Made by a program: the position numbers and the translations under genes
Assembly (NCBI GenBank): GCA_965242965.1
Contig: OZ251518.1
Location: forward strand, 256,001-320,000
Length of the DNA: 64,000 bases
Origin: Candidatus Poribacteria bacterium
GTDB lineage: Bacteria > Poribacteria > WGA-4E > WGA-3G
Reading direction: 5' to 3'
The notes under the pieces: model-generated
The model's database searches: none
Seen by the model: only the letters and a program-made list of their open reading frames with translations
Told to the model about the DNA's origin: nothing
Shown: positions 19,559 to 30,742 of the stretch, piece by piece
How the letters are laid out: the number at the start of each line of letters is the position of its first letter
Numbering within the stretch: the stretch's first letter is position 1

Positions 19559-19749
19559 GAGATATTCCTTTTAAATCTTAGCCAGTCTGCAGTTTGAGTC
19601 TCCCTGAGCTCAAATTGCCCGGGCTCAGGCGAGCCCGAACTACGGAATAGATTGCACTGACTCAGGCGAGCCCGAACTACAGAATAGATTGCACTGGTAG
19701 GCGCGCTTTGCAAGCACGCCTAGGGTTCATGTTGTTCACGTCTAACTTC

Positions 19750-19963
19750 AGGGTGTTTCATAACTCCGTTAGTGCTTAAAGCCCTGTAGGTCAGGATCGC
19801 CTGATCCTGACCCGTTCGGGAGCGGGCGCTCCCGAACTACAGAGGTGGGCCCGATGCACCTTACGGGCACATCGAGACCAGGAGGTCTCTCCTACGCTCC
19901 CGAACTACAGAGGTGGCCCCGATGCGCTCTCCCCCAAGGAGGATAAATTTATGAAACACCCTC
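19750..19963. mobile_element. TIR-bounded composite REP element
   Basis: AGGGTGTTTCATAA ... TTATGAAACACCCTC enclosing GTAG hairpins. Confidence 0.75.
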
Positions 19964-20018
19964 AGTTTATTGCATCGAGACTGGGAGGGCTCTCCTACCG
20001 GGAAGAAAAACTCCCTCT

Positions 20019-20786
20019 CTAACTTGCGGCTTTCACGATTGCCGCGAAGGATGCCGCGTCAAGACTCGCGCCGCCGACTAACGCGCCATCTACGTCCTGC
20101 TTCCCGAGCAGTTCCGCTGCATTGTCCGGTTTAACGCTGCCGCCATACTGAATACGTATCTGTTCCGCGACATCGTCCGAGGAGGCTATTGCCACTAAAT
20201 TGCGAATAACGGCGTGGACTTCCTGTGCTTGCGCGGGCGTGGCGGTTTTCCCTGTGCCGATGGCCCACACTGGTTCATAAGCGATGACGCTGGAGAGCAA
20301 ATCGGTTGTTGATAAATCGGCGATGCCGCCCGCGACCTGGGATGCGATAACCCCTTCCGTGCGGCCAGCCTCCCGTTCTTCAAGGAGTTCACCGACGCAG
20401 ATAATGGGTTTTAATCCGCTGGCTAATGCCGCCTTCGCTTTCCGATTGACGCTCTCGTTCGTCTCGCCGAAGTATTGCCGCCGTTCCGAATGCCCGACGA
20501 TGACGTATTCGCAACCGACATCTTTCAACATTGTGGGTGAGACTTCGCCGGTGAACGCGCCACTCTCTTCCCAATAAACATCTTGTGCGGCGAGAGAGAC
20601 GTTGCTGCCGGCTATCGTCGCGCTGACTGCCGAGAGCGCGGTAAATGGCGGTGCTACGACAATTTCAACGTCAATCTCAACGCCGTGCGCTTCGGCAACT
20701 AACGCCTTCAATGCCGTTGCGAGCGTCACCGCCTCCCCAACCGTGTTATTCAGTTTCCAATTTCCTGCAATGATAGGTGTTCGCAT
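20019..20786 (-). CDS. tpiA: Triosephosphate isomerase
   Basis: AGNWK, GAFTGE, GHSERR, AYEPVWAIGTG, YGGSVK and LVGGASL. Confidence 0.97.
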   Translation of the reverse strand: MRTPIIAGNWKLNNTVGEAVTLATALKALVAEAHGVEIDVEIVVAPPFTALSAVSATIAGSNVSLAAQDVYWEESGAFTGEVSPTMLKDVGCEYVIVGHSERRQYFGETNESVNRKAKAALASGLKPIICVGELLEEREAGRTEGVIASQVAGGIADLSTTDLLSSVIAYEPVWAIGTGKTATPAQAQEVHAVIRNLVAIASSDDVAEQIRIQYGGSVKPDNAAELLGKQDVDGALVGGASLDAASFAAIVKAAS

Positions 20787-20801
20787 AATCCTCCCGCGCC
20801 G

Positions 20802-21935
<1,134 letters not shown>

Positions 21936-21974
21936 TTAATTATACCACATCACGTGATTAATTGCAAGTTTAAC

Positions 21975-22003
21975 TTGACAATTTACGCGATTTCGGGTAT
22001 CCT
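21975..22003 (+). promoter_or_regulatory. Sigma70-type promoter; predicted start coincides with the ATG (leaderless)
   Basis: TTGACA-17 bp-TATCCT, then 6 nt to ATG 22010. Confidence 0.55.
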
Positions 22004-22009
22004 ATTTTT

Positions 22010-22831
22010 ATGTCAACAACTACTCACAGCAAACCGATTCAACCGTCGGGGAGTTTCCGTGCGATTCCGGTGGATGTGCCGGGTAACCTCGCCAATATTC
22101 GCATTATCCTCTTTGAACCGCGCGAGCCGGGCAACATCGGCTCCGTCGCCAGAGTCGTCAAAGGGATGGGGCTGTCGCAGCTCTATCTGGTGAACCCCGT
22201 GCCATTCCGCGAGGTGGATGCGGCGTGGTATATGGCGCATGGCGCGCAGGATATCCTCGAAAACTGCCATGTCGTTGAGACGCTGCCCGACGCGCTCATC
22301 GGCATCCAATATCTGGTAGGGACAACGCATCGGCGGCGCGATATGCGGATTCCACCGCCGGTGACAGCGCGCGAAGCCGCGCTTACCATCGCGTCAATTT
22401 CACAGGACAAACCGGTCGCGCTGCTGTTTGGCCGTGAAGACTTCGGTTTATCCACCGACCAGGTGAGTCTCTGTCAATTAACGGCAAGCGTACCGATGGC
22501 GACAAAAAACCCATCGTTGAACCTCGCGCAAGCGGTGCAGGTCTTCGCGTATGAGGTCTTCGTCGCGAGTCTCGGCGAGGTATCGCCAGATCCGATTGAC
22601 TACGCCGATGTAAACGCGCTGGAGGAATTTTATGGGCGTGTTGTCCGGTTGCTGGACAAAGTTGGCATGTCTCCCTATAATAGCGAGTGGGAGACGTATC
22701 TGAAATCGCTGCGGCGTGTTTTCTCTCGTGCGCCGTTAGAAGAGCGGGATATCGCCACGTTAGACATGATTTTCTCGACGACGTATCGCTATATTGAGCG
22801 GTTAGAGAAGAAAATTGTGGATTCTGCTTGA
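22010..22831 (+). CDS. trmJ: TrmJ/LasT family SPOUT tRNA/rRNA methyltransferase
   Basis: EPREPGNIGSVAR, LLFGREDFGL and PSLNLAQAV. Confidence 0.85.
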   Translation: MSTTTHSKPIQPSGSFRAIPVDVPGNLANIRIILFEPREPGNIGSVARVVKGMGLSQLYLVNPVPFREVDAAWYMAHGAQDILENCHVVETLPDALIGIQYLVGTTHRRRDMRIPPPVTAREAALTIASISQDKPVALLFGREDFGLSTDQVSLCQLTASVPMATKNPSLNLAQAVQVFAYEVFVASLGEVSPDPIDYADVNALEEFYGRVVRLLDKVGMSPYNSEWETYLKSLRRVFSRAPLEERDIATLDMIFSTTYRYIERLEKKIVDSA

Positions 22832-22856
22832 CATTTTTGGTGGTTTTGGGTATTAT
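22828..22856 (+). promoter_or_regulatory. Sigma70-type promoter for the GmrSD gene, overlapping the trmJ stop
   Basis: TTGACA-17 bp-TATTAT. Confidence 0.65.
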
Positions 22857-22911
22857 GGGGATGTTAAACAAATTTGGTCCGCGGATGGACCGAAGGAGGT
22901 TTTTTGAATTT

Positions 22912-24915
22912 ATGAGAATCGATGGCAATGTTAGGACAGTCAGAGAATTGCTTGCCAACACCAAGTACACGCTTGATTACTATCAGCGTGAATACAGTTG
23001 GCAAACCCGGCATGTCACTGAGTTCATTGACGATCTTACCGGAAAATTCCTAGAAGACTACAATGAATCTCACGAGCAATCTGAGGTGCCCAGATACGGC
23101 CATTACTATCTCGGTGCAATTATCATCAGCCATACTGATGGACGCAGATCTATAGTTGATGGCCAGCAGCGGCTCACGACGCTGACGCTTTTCCTTATCC
23201 ATCTGAGGCATTTGCTCGGAGATACTAGTTTGAGAAGGCAGATAGACCCGCTGATACACTCGCTGGCTTTCGGAATAGAGGGTTTCAATCTGGATGTTCC
23301 ACAATGGGAACCTGTTCTGGATGCCCTCTATTCAGGAGATTCATTTGATGCGATTGATGAGTCGGAATCTATCCGGAACATCGTAGCGAGCTATAATGAC
23401 ATTGGAAACCATTTTGAACTGCCAGAGCAAGCACTACCGTTTTTCGCTGAGTGGTTGCTTGTGAATGTCTACTTGATAGAAATCGCTGCCTTTGACGACA
23501 GAGATGCCTACGAAATTTTTGAAACGGTGAATGACCGCGGGTTATCACTGACTCCCGCCGATATGCTCAGAGGATATCTACTGTCCCATATTACGGAATC
23601 TTCACATAGAGATGCTGCAAGCGAGGTGTGGAGCAACCGTGGCCGGGATTTACAAGGACTCGGGAAAGAAGAGGTGACGAACGCAATCAAAGCGTGGTTG
23701 CGTAGTCAGTACGCCGAAAGCGTTCGCGATTTCGATCTCATCGGATCTGAGTTCCATCGCTGGGTTCGCGATCGAGAAAATGATCTGGACCTCACTTCAA
23801 GTGAAAGTTTCGTAACTTTCATTGAACGGGAATTTCTATTTTACAGCGGCTGGTATCTCCGTTTAAAGGAAGCAACTAAGTCGTTTAAGCCTGAACTTGA
23901 ATGTGTTTATTACAACGCACAGCACAATTTCACGCTTCAGTTTCCCGTCCTGCTAGCTCCTTTGCGCGTAGAAGATTCTGAGGAGGAAAGCATCCGGAAG
24001 ATACAAGTTGTCTCTAGATACCTTGACATCTTCATCCATCGCCGTGTCTGGAATTTGCTCTCCATTACCCAGAATACCATGGTTGAGACTATGTTCTCAG
24101 TCATGCACGACATCAGGGGCAAAAATGCTAGTGAGTTGAGCGAACTGTTGTCTTCGCGGCTCAACGCAAATGCCTCTGTCGGATTCGCCAGCAGCAATCG
24201 ATTTGGGTTGATAGGTGGAAACCGATCGAGGGTTCTTCTTGTCCTTGCGAGGATGACAGACTATGTGGAAAGTCAGTCTTCAAACCAGCCTTCGCGTTTT
24301 CATGAGTATGTTCGGCGAGGGCGCAACAGTTATGAGATAGAGCATATCTGGGCAAACCATTTTGAGGATCACCTAGAGGAATTCACTCATGAAGTTGAGT
24401 TTGATGACTATCGAAACCGCATCGGCGGATTGTTACTTCTTCGCCGGGGCGACAATGCTGCTTTCGGCGATCTGCCCTTTACCGAGAAACGTGAGTTATA
24501 CCTCAGGGAGAATCTATTGGCCTCAAGTCTCCACGAGCGAACCTATGAACGCAACCCCGGCTTTCAGAGATTCATGGAAAGGAGTGGCTTGCGCTTCCGC
24601 CCACATGACGTATTCATGAAAGCAGATCTGATTGCCCGCCAACGCCTCTACCAGCACCTCGCCGAGCAGGTTTGGAGTCCGGAAAGGTTATTGGGCAAGG
24701 ATCCGCAACCGCTAGAACCTTACGATCTGGACTACCCGGTGTCCAGTCTAGCAGATCCGGAACCAGACGAACGGATTAGAACGGAGATTCGCGAATTCTA
24801 CAATGACATGCGCCATGACAGAGTCGGCCAACTTTGTGAACAAGTTGTGGAACTCCAAAGGCTGATTGAAGAAAAAGGTTGGGAACTCACTCGCAGATTA
24901 CGGCGGAGAATTTGA
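22912..24915 (+). CDS. GmrSD-family (DUF262 + DUF1524/HNH) type IV restriction endonuclease, probably frameshifted near the 3' end
   Basis: YQREYSW, VDGQQRLTTL, IFETVNDRG, EIEHIW...GGLLLL...N; AAGGAGG RBS before ATG 22912. Confidence 0.88.
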   Translation: MRIDGNVRTVRELLANTKYTLDYYQREYSWQTRHVTEFIDDLTGKFLEDYNESHEQSEVPRYGHYYLGAIIISHTDGRRSIVDGQQRLTTLTLFLIHLRHLLGDTSLRRQIDPLIHSLAFGIEGFNLDVPQWEPVLDALYSGDSFDAIDESESIRNIVASYNDIGNHFELPEQALPFFAEWLLVNVYLIEIAAFDDRDAYEIFETVNDRGLSLTPADMLRGYLLSHITESSHRDAASEVWSNRGRDLQGLGKEEVTNAIKAWLRSQYAESVRDFDLIGSEFHRWVRDRENDLDLTSSESFVTFIEREFLFYSGWYLRLKEATKSFKPELECVYYNAQHNFTLQFPVLLAPLRVEDSEEESIRKIQVVSRYLDIFIHRRVWNLLSITQNTMVETMFSVMHDIRGKNASELSELLSSRLNANASVGFASSNRFGLIGGNRSRVLLVLARMTDYVESQSSNQPSRFHEYVRRGRNSYEIEHIWANHFEDHLEEFTHEVEFDDYRNRIGGLLLLRRGDNAAFGDLPFTEKRELYLRENLLASSLHERTYERNPGFQRFMERSGLRFRPHDVFMKADLIARQRLYQHLAEQVWSPERLLGKDPQPLEPYDLDYPVSSLADPEPDERIRTEIREFYNDMRHDRVGQLCEQVVELQRLIEEKGWELTRRLRRRI

Positions 24916-25136
24916 GTTTCTACATCGAGAATAAGCGGTGTTTTGGGGTTGACTTGCATTCTACGCCTAGATTTGCTGTTTGGCACCTCACCGGGGAAGA
25001 ATTGGAACAGTGGAGAAGCCAGTGTGATTTTACTCATTATCCCCGCAGCAAAAAAACCGTTTATCCAAGGGGCACAACCGTCACTCAACTGCGTCCTATC
25101 TTCGAGTTTGCCTATCGGAAAATTCAGGGTGCATAA
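24897..25136 (+). pseudogene. Out-of-frame continuation of the GmrSD C-terminal domain
   Basis: The alternative frame reads ENLSFYIENKRCFGVDLHSTPRFAVW...LRPIFEFAYRKIQGA and fills the gap to the next gene, without its own RBS. Confidence 0.5.
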
Positions 25137-25172
25137 CGGACGGATAGAGACATCCGCTAGAAACCATTAAGC

Positions 25173-28100
25173 ATGCGACACATCAAACCCATCGTTTGGC
25201 TCATCTTTATCCTCTCCGGCGCGAGCGGCCTCATCTATGAAGTGATATGGATGCGGCAACTGACGCTCATCTTCGGAAGCACGGTCTTCGCCACGACTAC
25301 GGTGCTAACTGCTTTTATGGCCGGACTAGCACTGGGCAGTTTCTATTTCGGCCGGCAGATCGACCGGAGTGCGCAGTCGCCGTTGCGAATCTACGCGCTT
25401 TTGGAGGCAGGCATCGGTGTCTTCTGCCTCGTGTGGCCGCTCATTTTAGCAGCACTGGGCGCGCTCTATGTGCTCATCCACCGTAACATCACCTCCGAAT
25501 TCTACACGCTTTCGCTCATCCGATTCGTGTTGACGTTCGGGGTGTTGCTGATTCCGTCAACGTTGATGGGCGGCACGTTGCCGGTGCTGACGCGCTTTTT
25601 TGTGCAACGTTTGGAACAACTCGGTGTCAACGTCGGGATTCTGTACGCGTTGAATACGTTCGGCGCGGTTATCGGGTGTGTCGCTACCGGCTTTTTCCTG
25701 ATTGAGCGGATGGGCATCCAACAGGCACTTTTCGTTGGGGTAGCGATTAACTTCGGCGTGGCAGGCGTAGCGGTGTTGCTAACGCGGGCGAGCGGACAAA
25801 GCGAAACTGAGTCAACGCGCTTGGAAAGCGCGCCTGCCGGTAATCTTAAACGCGGTCGCGAGAACGTAGATATCGGCGGTACGGAGAGAGACATCGTTCA
25901 CTCAGAAACCTTTATCGAACGCCTTGCGAATGACAAAAAATTGGTTTTGTGGGCAATCGGCGTTTCTGGGTTCTGCGCGCTCGCTTATGAAGTCCTCTGG
26001 ACGCGCATCCTTGTCTTCTTCCTCGGTAGCACGACGTATGCGTTTGCGACGATGCTGGCGGCGTTCCTGTTCGGCATTGCCCTGGGGAGTTTGCTGTTTG
26101 CGAGGTGGGTAGACAAACTTTCATCGCGCGCGATGGGTATTTTCGGCATCATCCAACTGGGCATCGGGTTCTTCGCGCTACTTCTGATGCCCGCGTTTGA
26201 GGAACTTTACGGGATGAGCCGCGCGTTCCAGTCCACCTTCGGCGGCGGCAGGTTTTGGGCATTCTTTTCCTGCTTCCTCGTGATGAGCGTGCCGACGTTT
26301 TTGATGGGTGCTAGTTTTCCTCTCGTGACGAAGATTTACACGGGCAACGCGAATCAACTCGGCAGGAGCATCGGGAACGTTTACGCAGTGAACACCGTGG
26401 GGAGCATCCTCGGTTCGTTTTGCGCGGGGTTTATCTTCATTCCGCTTTTGGGAATTCGCCCGAGCATCGTTTTGATGGTGGCATTGAACACCGGCATCGG
26501 ATGTTTGCTTCTCTTCTCAGCAGGCGCGGTTTTTCATCGCGCAACTGGAAAGGCGTTCCTACAAGGTGTCGGCATTGCGATGCCGATTCTGAACGTCGGG
26601 TTGGCGGTTATTCTGCTACTTACGGTAAACCAGCCGCTCTTCCTGAAGAGCGCGATTTTCAAAACGCAACGCCCCGGCGATACCCTCGTTGATTACAACG
26701 AAGAGGTAGACGCAACTGTCACTACACTGAAGGACGACGAAGGTGTCTATCGGCTCTATGTGGATACTAACCAAGCCGCTGATGCGTCGCGATGGGATTC
26801 GCCTTCGCATCGGGTGATTGCGCATTTGCCGTTGCTGTTGCATCCGCGTCCGAAACGCGCGCTCGTCGTTGGGTTTGGGATGGGGCTCACTTCGCATTCC
26901 ATCACGCAGCACGGGGTGCGCGTTGACGCTGTGGAATTGTCTAGCGGCGTAATCGCTGCGGCGCAAAAGCATTTCACGCATGTCAACGGGAATGTGTTTG
27001 ACAATCCGCTGTTCAATTATCGGCTCAACGATGGCAGAAATCACATCCTGATGACAGAGACGAAATATGATATGATTTCTACGGGCATCATTCATCCGCT
27101 TGTTAGCGCGGGGAGCTCTAATATCTACACGGCGGATTTTTATCGCTTGTGTAAACGGATTTTGACGGAGGATGGAATTATGTGTCAGTGGGTGCCGTTG
27201 CATCGGCTGCCGGAGGCGCACTACAAGATGATTGTGCGCACGTTCATTGAGGTGTTTCCGCACACGACGCTGTGGTATAAATACACTCCCGATTTCGTCA
27301 TCCTCATTGGCACGCAGGAGCCGTTGACAATTGACTACAAAAACTTCATTGAACGCGCGCGGATAGCAAGCATCAGCGAAGGGCTCGCCGCCGATGATCT
27401 GGACGGTATGTCGTTATTGGATTCGTTTATGATGGGCCCGGCGGCGGTTCGCGAGTATGCCGGCGAAGGGCCTATCCACACCGACAATCGTCCGCGCTTG
27501 GAATTCTTTAAAGGCGAGGCACTCGTCAATACGACAGCGCAAAACATCACGGGGATGGCGAAGTATCGGGAACGGGTTACGCCGTATCTTGCCAATTACG
27601 GCGCGACGTTGGATTCGCAAAAGCAGACGCGCCAGAAAATTGATACCTACTTTAACGCCACACAGAAGCTCATCCAAGGACAAATCGCCTACGCGAATGC
27701 GCAGTATGATGCCGCAGCGGCACTGATGAGCGAGGCGGTTACCATCAATGCTGTCGATGAGACGATTCGCTACAACTTCGGTGTCGTCTCCGGTCTGATT
27801 CGCGAGGATGAGCAGGAAGAACTCCGTCAAATGGAAGAACAGGTGCAGCGTATCCTTGCACAGAATCCAGACGATGTTCAGGGGCATCTCTATCTCGCCA
27901 CGCTTTATGAAATGCGCGGCGAACTTGCGAAAGCGGCGAGCGAATTGGAGGTAGTGCTCCAACGCGAACCGAATCGGGTTGATGTCTATTTGCTCCTCGG
28001 GCCGCTTTATGAGCGTCAGGAACGCTACGCCGATGCACTCCGCACCTATCAACGTTTAGAACAACAGGAGCCGCAACTGCCTGCACCGATTTTCGCGGCG

Positions 28101-28367
28101 ATGGCACAACTCCAAATGCTCCTCGAAAATCTGGAGGAGGCAGAACGTTACGGACAGAAGGGAATTGCTGTCGATGCAAATTCGTGGCGTTCGCACTACA
28201 TCCTCGCGAATGTGTATGGTAAGATGGCTCAACCGCAAAAGCAGCGACACTATTACGAAAACGCTTTGGCGGCGATTGACGCGGCACTCCGTTTGGAGCC
28301 CGATAACTCCGAGTTATCGCTCGCGAGAGAACATATTGAAAAAGAATTTAATCAGACCGAAAAATAA
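25173..28367 (+). CDS. Fused membrane domain / spermidine synthase-like methyltransferase with C-terminal TPRs
   Basis: SGASGLIYEVIW, FGST, FMAGLALG repeated twice; ALVVGFGMG, DAVEL, DGRNHI and TDNRP; TPRs at the C-terminus. Confidence 0.85.
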   Translation: MRHIKPIVWLIFILSGASGLIYEVIWMRQLTLIFGSTVFATTTVLTAFMAGLALGSFYFGRQIDRSAQSPLRIYALLEAGIGVFCLVWPLILAALGALYVLIHRNITSEFYTLSLIRFVLTFGVLLIPSTLMGGTLPVLTRFFVQRLEQLGVNVGILYALNTFGAVIGCVATGFFLIERMGIQQALFVGVAINFGVAGVAVLLTRASGQSETESTRLESAPAGNLKRGRENVDIGGTERDIVHSETFIERLANDKKLVLWAIGVSGFCALAYEVLWTRILVFFLGSTTYAFATMLAAFLFGIALGSLLFARWVDKLSSRAMGIFGIIQLGIGFFALLLMPAFEELYGMSRAFQSTFGGGRFWAFFSCFLVMSVPTFLMGASFPLVTKIYTGNANQLGRSIGNVYAVNTVGSILGSFCAGFIFIPLLGIRPSIVLMVALNTGIGCLLLFSAGAVFHRATGKAFLQGVGIAMPILNVGLAVILLLTVNQPLFLKSAIFKTQRPGDTLVDYNEEVDATVTTLKDDEGVYRLYVDTNQAADASRWDSPSHRVIAHLPLLLHPRPKRALVVGFGMGLTSHSITQHGVRVDAVELSSGVIAAAQKHFTHVNGNVFDNPLFNYRLNDGRNHILMTETKYDMISTGIIHPLVSAGSSNIYTADFYRLCKRILTEDGIMCQWVPLHRLPEAHYKMIVRTFIEVFPHTTLWYKYTPDFVILIGTQEPLTIDYKNFIERARIASISEGLAADDLDGMSLLDSFMMGPAAVREYAGEGPIHTDNRPRLEFFKGEALVNTTAQNITGMAKYRERVTPYLANYGATLDSQKQTRQKIDTYFNATQKLIQGQIAYANAQYDAAAALMSEAVTINAVDETIRYNFGVVSGLIREDEQEELRQMEEQVQRILAQNPDDVQGHLYLATLYEMRGELAKAASELEVVLQREPNRVDVYLLLGPLYERQERYADALRTYQRLEQQEPQLPAPIFAAMAQLQMLLENLEEAERYGQKGIAVDANSWRSHYILANVYGKMAQPQKQRHYYENALAAIDAALRLEPDNSELSLAREHIEKEFNQTEK

Positions 28368-28531
28368 GCACAATAAGCGCGATTTCCACATCGCAACGTA
28401 TCTCGTAGTATCAGGCGGATGTCAAAATGTCCGCAAAATTTTAACTAATACCTGAGGGTGTTTCCCGACTTGCAAGTTCAGGGAACGCTCTCTTCACAAA
28501 CAGAGTTGAACAACCGCTAGGAATAACAAAA

Positions 28532-30697
28532 ATGTCTCAAGAAGCTTATAGCAAGCTTTCCCCTAATCTTGGAAATCTTGGAAATCCTGCTCTAAAACGC
28601 ACCCACTATTGTGGTGCACTCCGCTTAACCGATGCCGGTGCAAGCGCGCAACTCAACGGCTGGGTGCAACGCCGCCGCGACCACGGTGGTGTCATCTTCG
28701 TTGATTTACGCGACAGAACCGGCATCACCCAAGTCGTCTTCGACCCGCAGATTGACGCGGCGGCGCACGAACGCGCGAGTGCTGTCCGCAGCGAATTTGT
28801 GCTAAACGTCAGCGGCACCGTCCGCGAACGCGAGCCCGGCGAACACCTCTTTCAATTAGAAGAGGCGAGGTATGAGTCAACGAGTCTTCTGACCTGGTCC
28901 GTCCGCTCTTCCGATGGGGAAGTGTTTTTCCACTCGGACACAAGGGAAGCAGAGGATGTGACACTGTCCTCGGCATTCCGTGCCAGATTCGCCGAGGTGG
29001 ACAAGAAATACACCCTCTCCGATGAACTGAAGTTCGCGGTGCGAGAGCCCGGCACGCGGTGGCTGCTCACCGATGTGGAAAATAACCGCACCTATGAAAT
29101 CCATCTCGCAGAAGCGCGGGAGAAAGGACGCGTCTTAAACGTCTACCAAGGCACCGTTAATCCGGAACTTGCCACAGGCGAGATAGAGCTCGCCGTGGAT
29201 TCCCTGAACATTTTGAACACGGCGAAAACGCCGCCGTTCCCCGTGGAAGACGATGTCGAGGTAGCGGAAGACATTCGGATGCAGTATCGGTTCATCGATT
29301 TGCGCCGGCCGACGATGCAGCAGACGCTCGCGATGCGCCACAAAGCCGCACTCGCCGCGCGCAACTATATGAACGAGAACGGCTTCTTGGAAATCGAGAC
29401 ACCCATCTTGATGAACAGCACGCCGGAGGGCGCGCGCGATGTCCTCGTGCCGAGTCGGCACTACCCCGGCAGATTCTACGCGCTCCCGCAGTCACCGCAG
29501 CAGTTCAAACAGATTCTGATGATGTCCGGCGTAGATAGGTATTTTCAAATCGCACGCTGTTTCCGCGATGAAGATACCCGGGCAGACCGGCAGTTGGAAT
29601 TCACGCAGCTTGACATTGAGATGTCCTTCGCCGGTGTCGATGATGTGCTGGAAGTCACAGAAGGGTTGATGAAGCGGATATTTGAGGAGGCAGGTGGCAT
29701 TCCTGTTGAAACGCCGTTTCAGCGGTTGTCTTACCATGAATCGATGGCGCGTTTCGGCAATGACAAGCCGGATACGCGGTTTGGCATGGAGCTGACCGAC
29801 CTCGGGGACATCATGGCTTCCTCCGATTTTCAGGTGTTCACGCGCGCGCTAGAAAGCGGCGGACAGGTGAAAGCCATCGCTGTCCCAGGCGGTGCAGACT
29901 TTTCGCGGAAGGACATCGATGATCTGACGAAGTTTGTCGGTATCTACCGTGCAAAAGGACTCGCATGGGTGAAAATCAATCCTGAAAATTCTGCAGATTC
30001 TGCTCAATTTTCATCTGGCATCGTCAAGTTCTTCAAACCGGGACAGTTGGAGACAGCGCAGGAGCGGACAGGCGCGCAACCGGGTGACATCATGTTCTTC
30101 GTCGCAGACCGGGCGAATGTTGTCGCCGATGCCCTTGGCAACCTTCGAACGCATCTCGCACGCAAGCTGAACCTGATTGACGAGAACCGCCACAACTTCC
30201 TCTGGATTGTTGACTATCCGCTTTTTGAGTGGAACGCCGAACAGCATCGGTATGAGCCGTTCCATCATCTTTTCACCGGCGCGACAGATGAGACAGTCGG
30301 TTTACTTGACACCGACCCGAGGAAAGTGCAGAGTCAACACTATGATCTGGTTTGCAACGGCTATGAAATCTGTAGCGGTAGCGTCAGAATCCACGAGTGG
30401 GATGTCCAACAGAAAGTTTTTGACGTTCTGCAGATTAGTCCGGAGGATGTCAAAAGTCGGTTCGGGTATTTCATCGATGCGTTGGCATACGGCACGCCGC
30501 CGCACGCGGGCATCGCTCCCGGCTTGGACCGGATTGTGATGCTGATGCGCAACGAGGATAACATCCGGGAAGTCATTGCGTTTCCGAAATCACAGCAGGG
30601 GCTTTGCCCTTTGACGCAAGCACCCTCTGTCGTGACAGAGGAACAGTTGGCAGAATTGTCTATCCGTGTGGATGCTCCGTTAGGCGCGGATGCCTAA
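28532..30697 (+). CDS. aspS: Aspartate--tRNA ligase carrying a ~103-aa insertion in its anticodon-binding domain
   Basis: RTHYCG, RRRDHGGVIFVDLRD (HGG suggests the non-discriminating type), TPEGARD, LPQSPQ, YFQIARCFRDED, GTPPHAGIAPGLDR and FPK. Confidence 0.96.
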   Translation: MSQEAYSKLSPNLGNLGNPALKRTHYCGALRLTDAGASAQLNGWVQRRRDHGGVIFVDLRDRTGITQVVFDPQIDAAAHERASAVRSEFVLNVSGTVREREPGEHLFQLEEARYESTSLLTWSVRSSDGEVFFHSDTREAEDVTLSSAFRARFAEVDKKYTLSDELKFAVREPGTRWLLTDVENNRTYEIHLAEAREKGRVLNVYQGTVNPELATGEIELAVDSLNILNTAKTPPFPVEDDVEVAEDIRMQYRFIDLRRPTMQQTLAMRHKAALAARNYMNENGFLEIETPILMNSTPEGARDVLVPSRHYPGRFYALPQSPQQFKQILMMSGVDRYFQIARCFRDEDTRADRQLEFTQLDIEMSFAGVDDVLEVTEGLMKRIFEEAGGIPVETPFQRLSYHESMARFGNDKPDTRFGMELTDLGDIMASSDFQVFTRALESGGQVKAIAVPGGADFSRKDIDDLTKFVGIYRAKGLAWVKINPENSADSAQFSSGIVKFFKPGQLETAQERTGAQPGDIMFFVADRANVVADALGNLRTHLARKLNLIDENRHNFLWIVDYPLFEWNAEQHRYEPFHHLFTGATDETVGLLDTDPRKVQSQHYDLVCNGYEICSGSVRIHEWDVQQKVFDVLQISPEDVKSRFGYFIDALAYGTPPHAGIAPGLDRIVMLMRNEDNIREVIAFPKSQQGLCPLTQAPSVVTEEQLAELSIRVDAPLGADA

Positions 30698-30742
30698 GCG
30701 GAGCGACGAACCCAAACAAGTGAAGAAGAAAAGGAGCAATTC

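Noticed and set aside
28370-28530. T-box riboswitch upstream of aspS
   Set aside because: The region is short and lacks the T-box consensus; the hairpin present matches the degenerate TIR element
28841-29149. Intein in aspS
   Set aside because: No N-terminal Cys/Ser, no terminal His-Asn, no +1 nucleophile and no homing endonuclease motif
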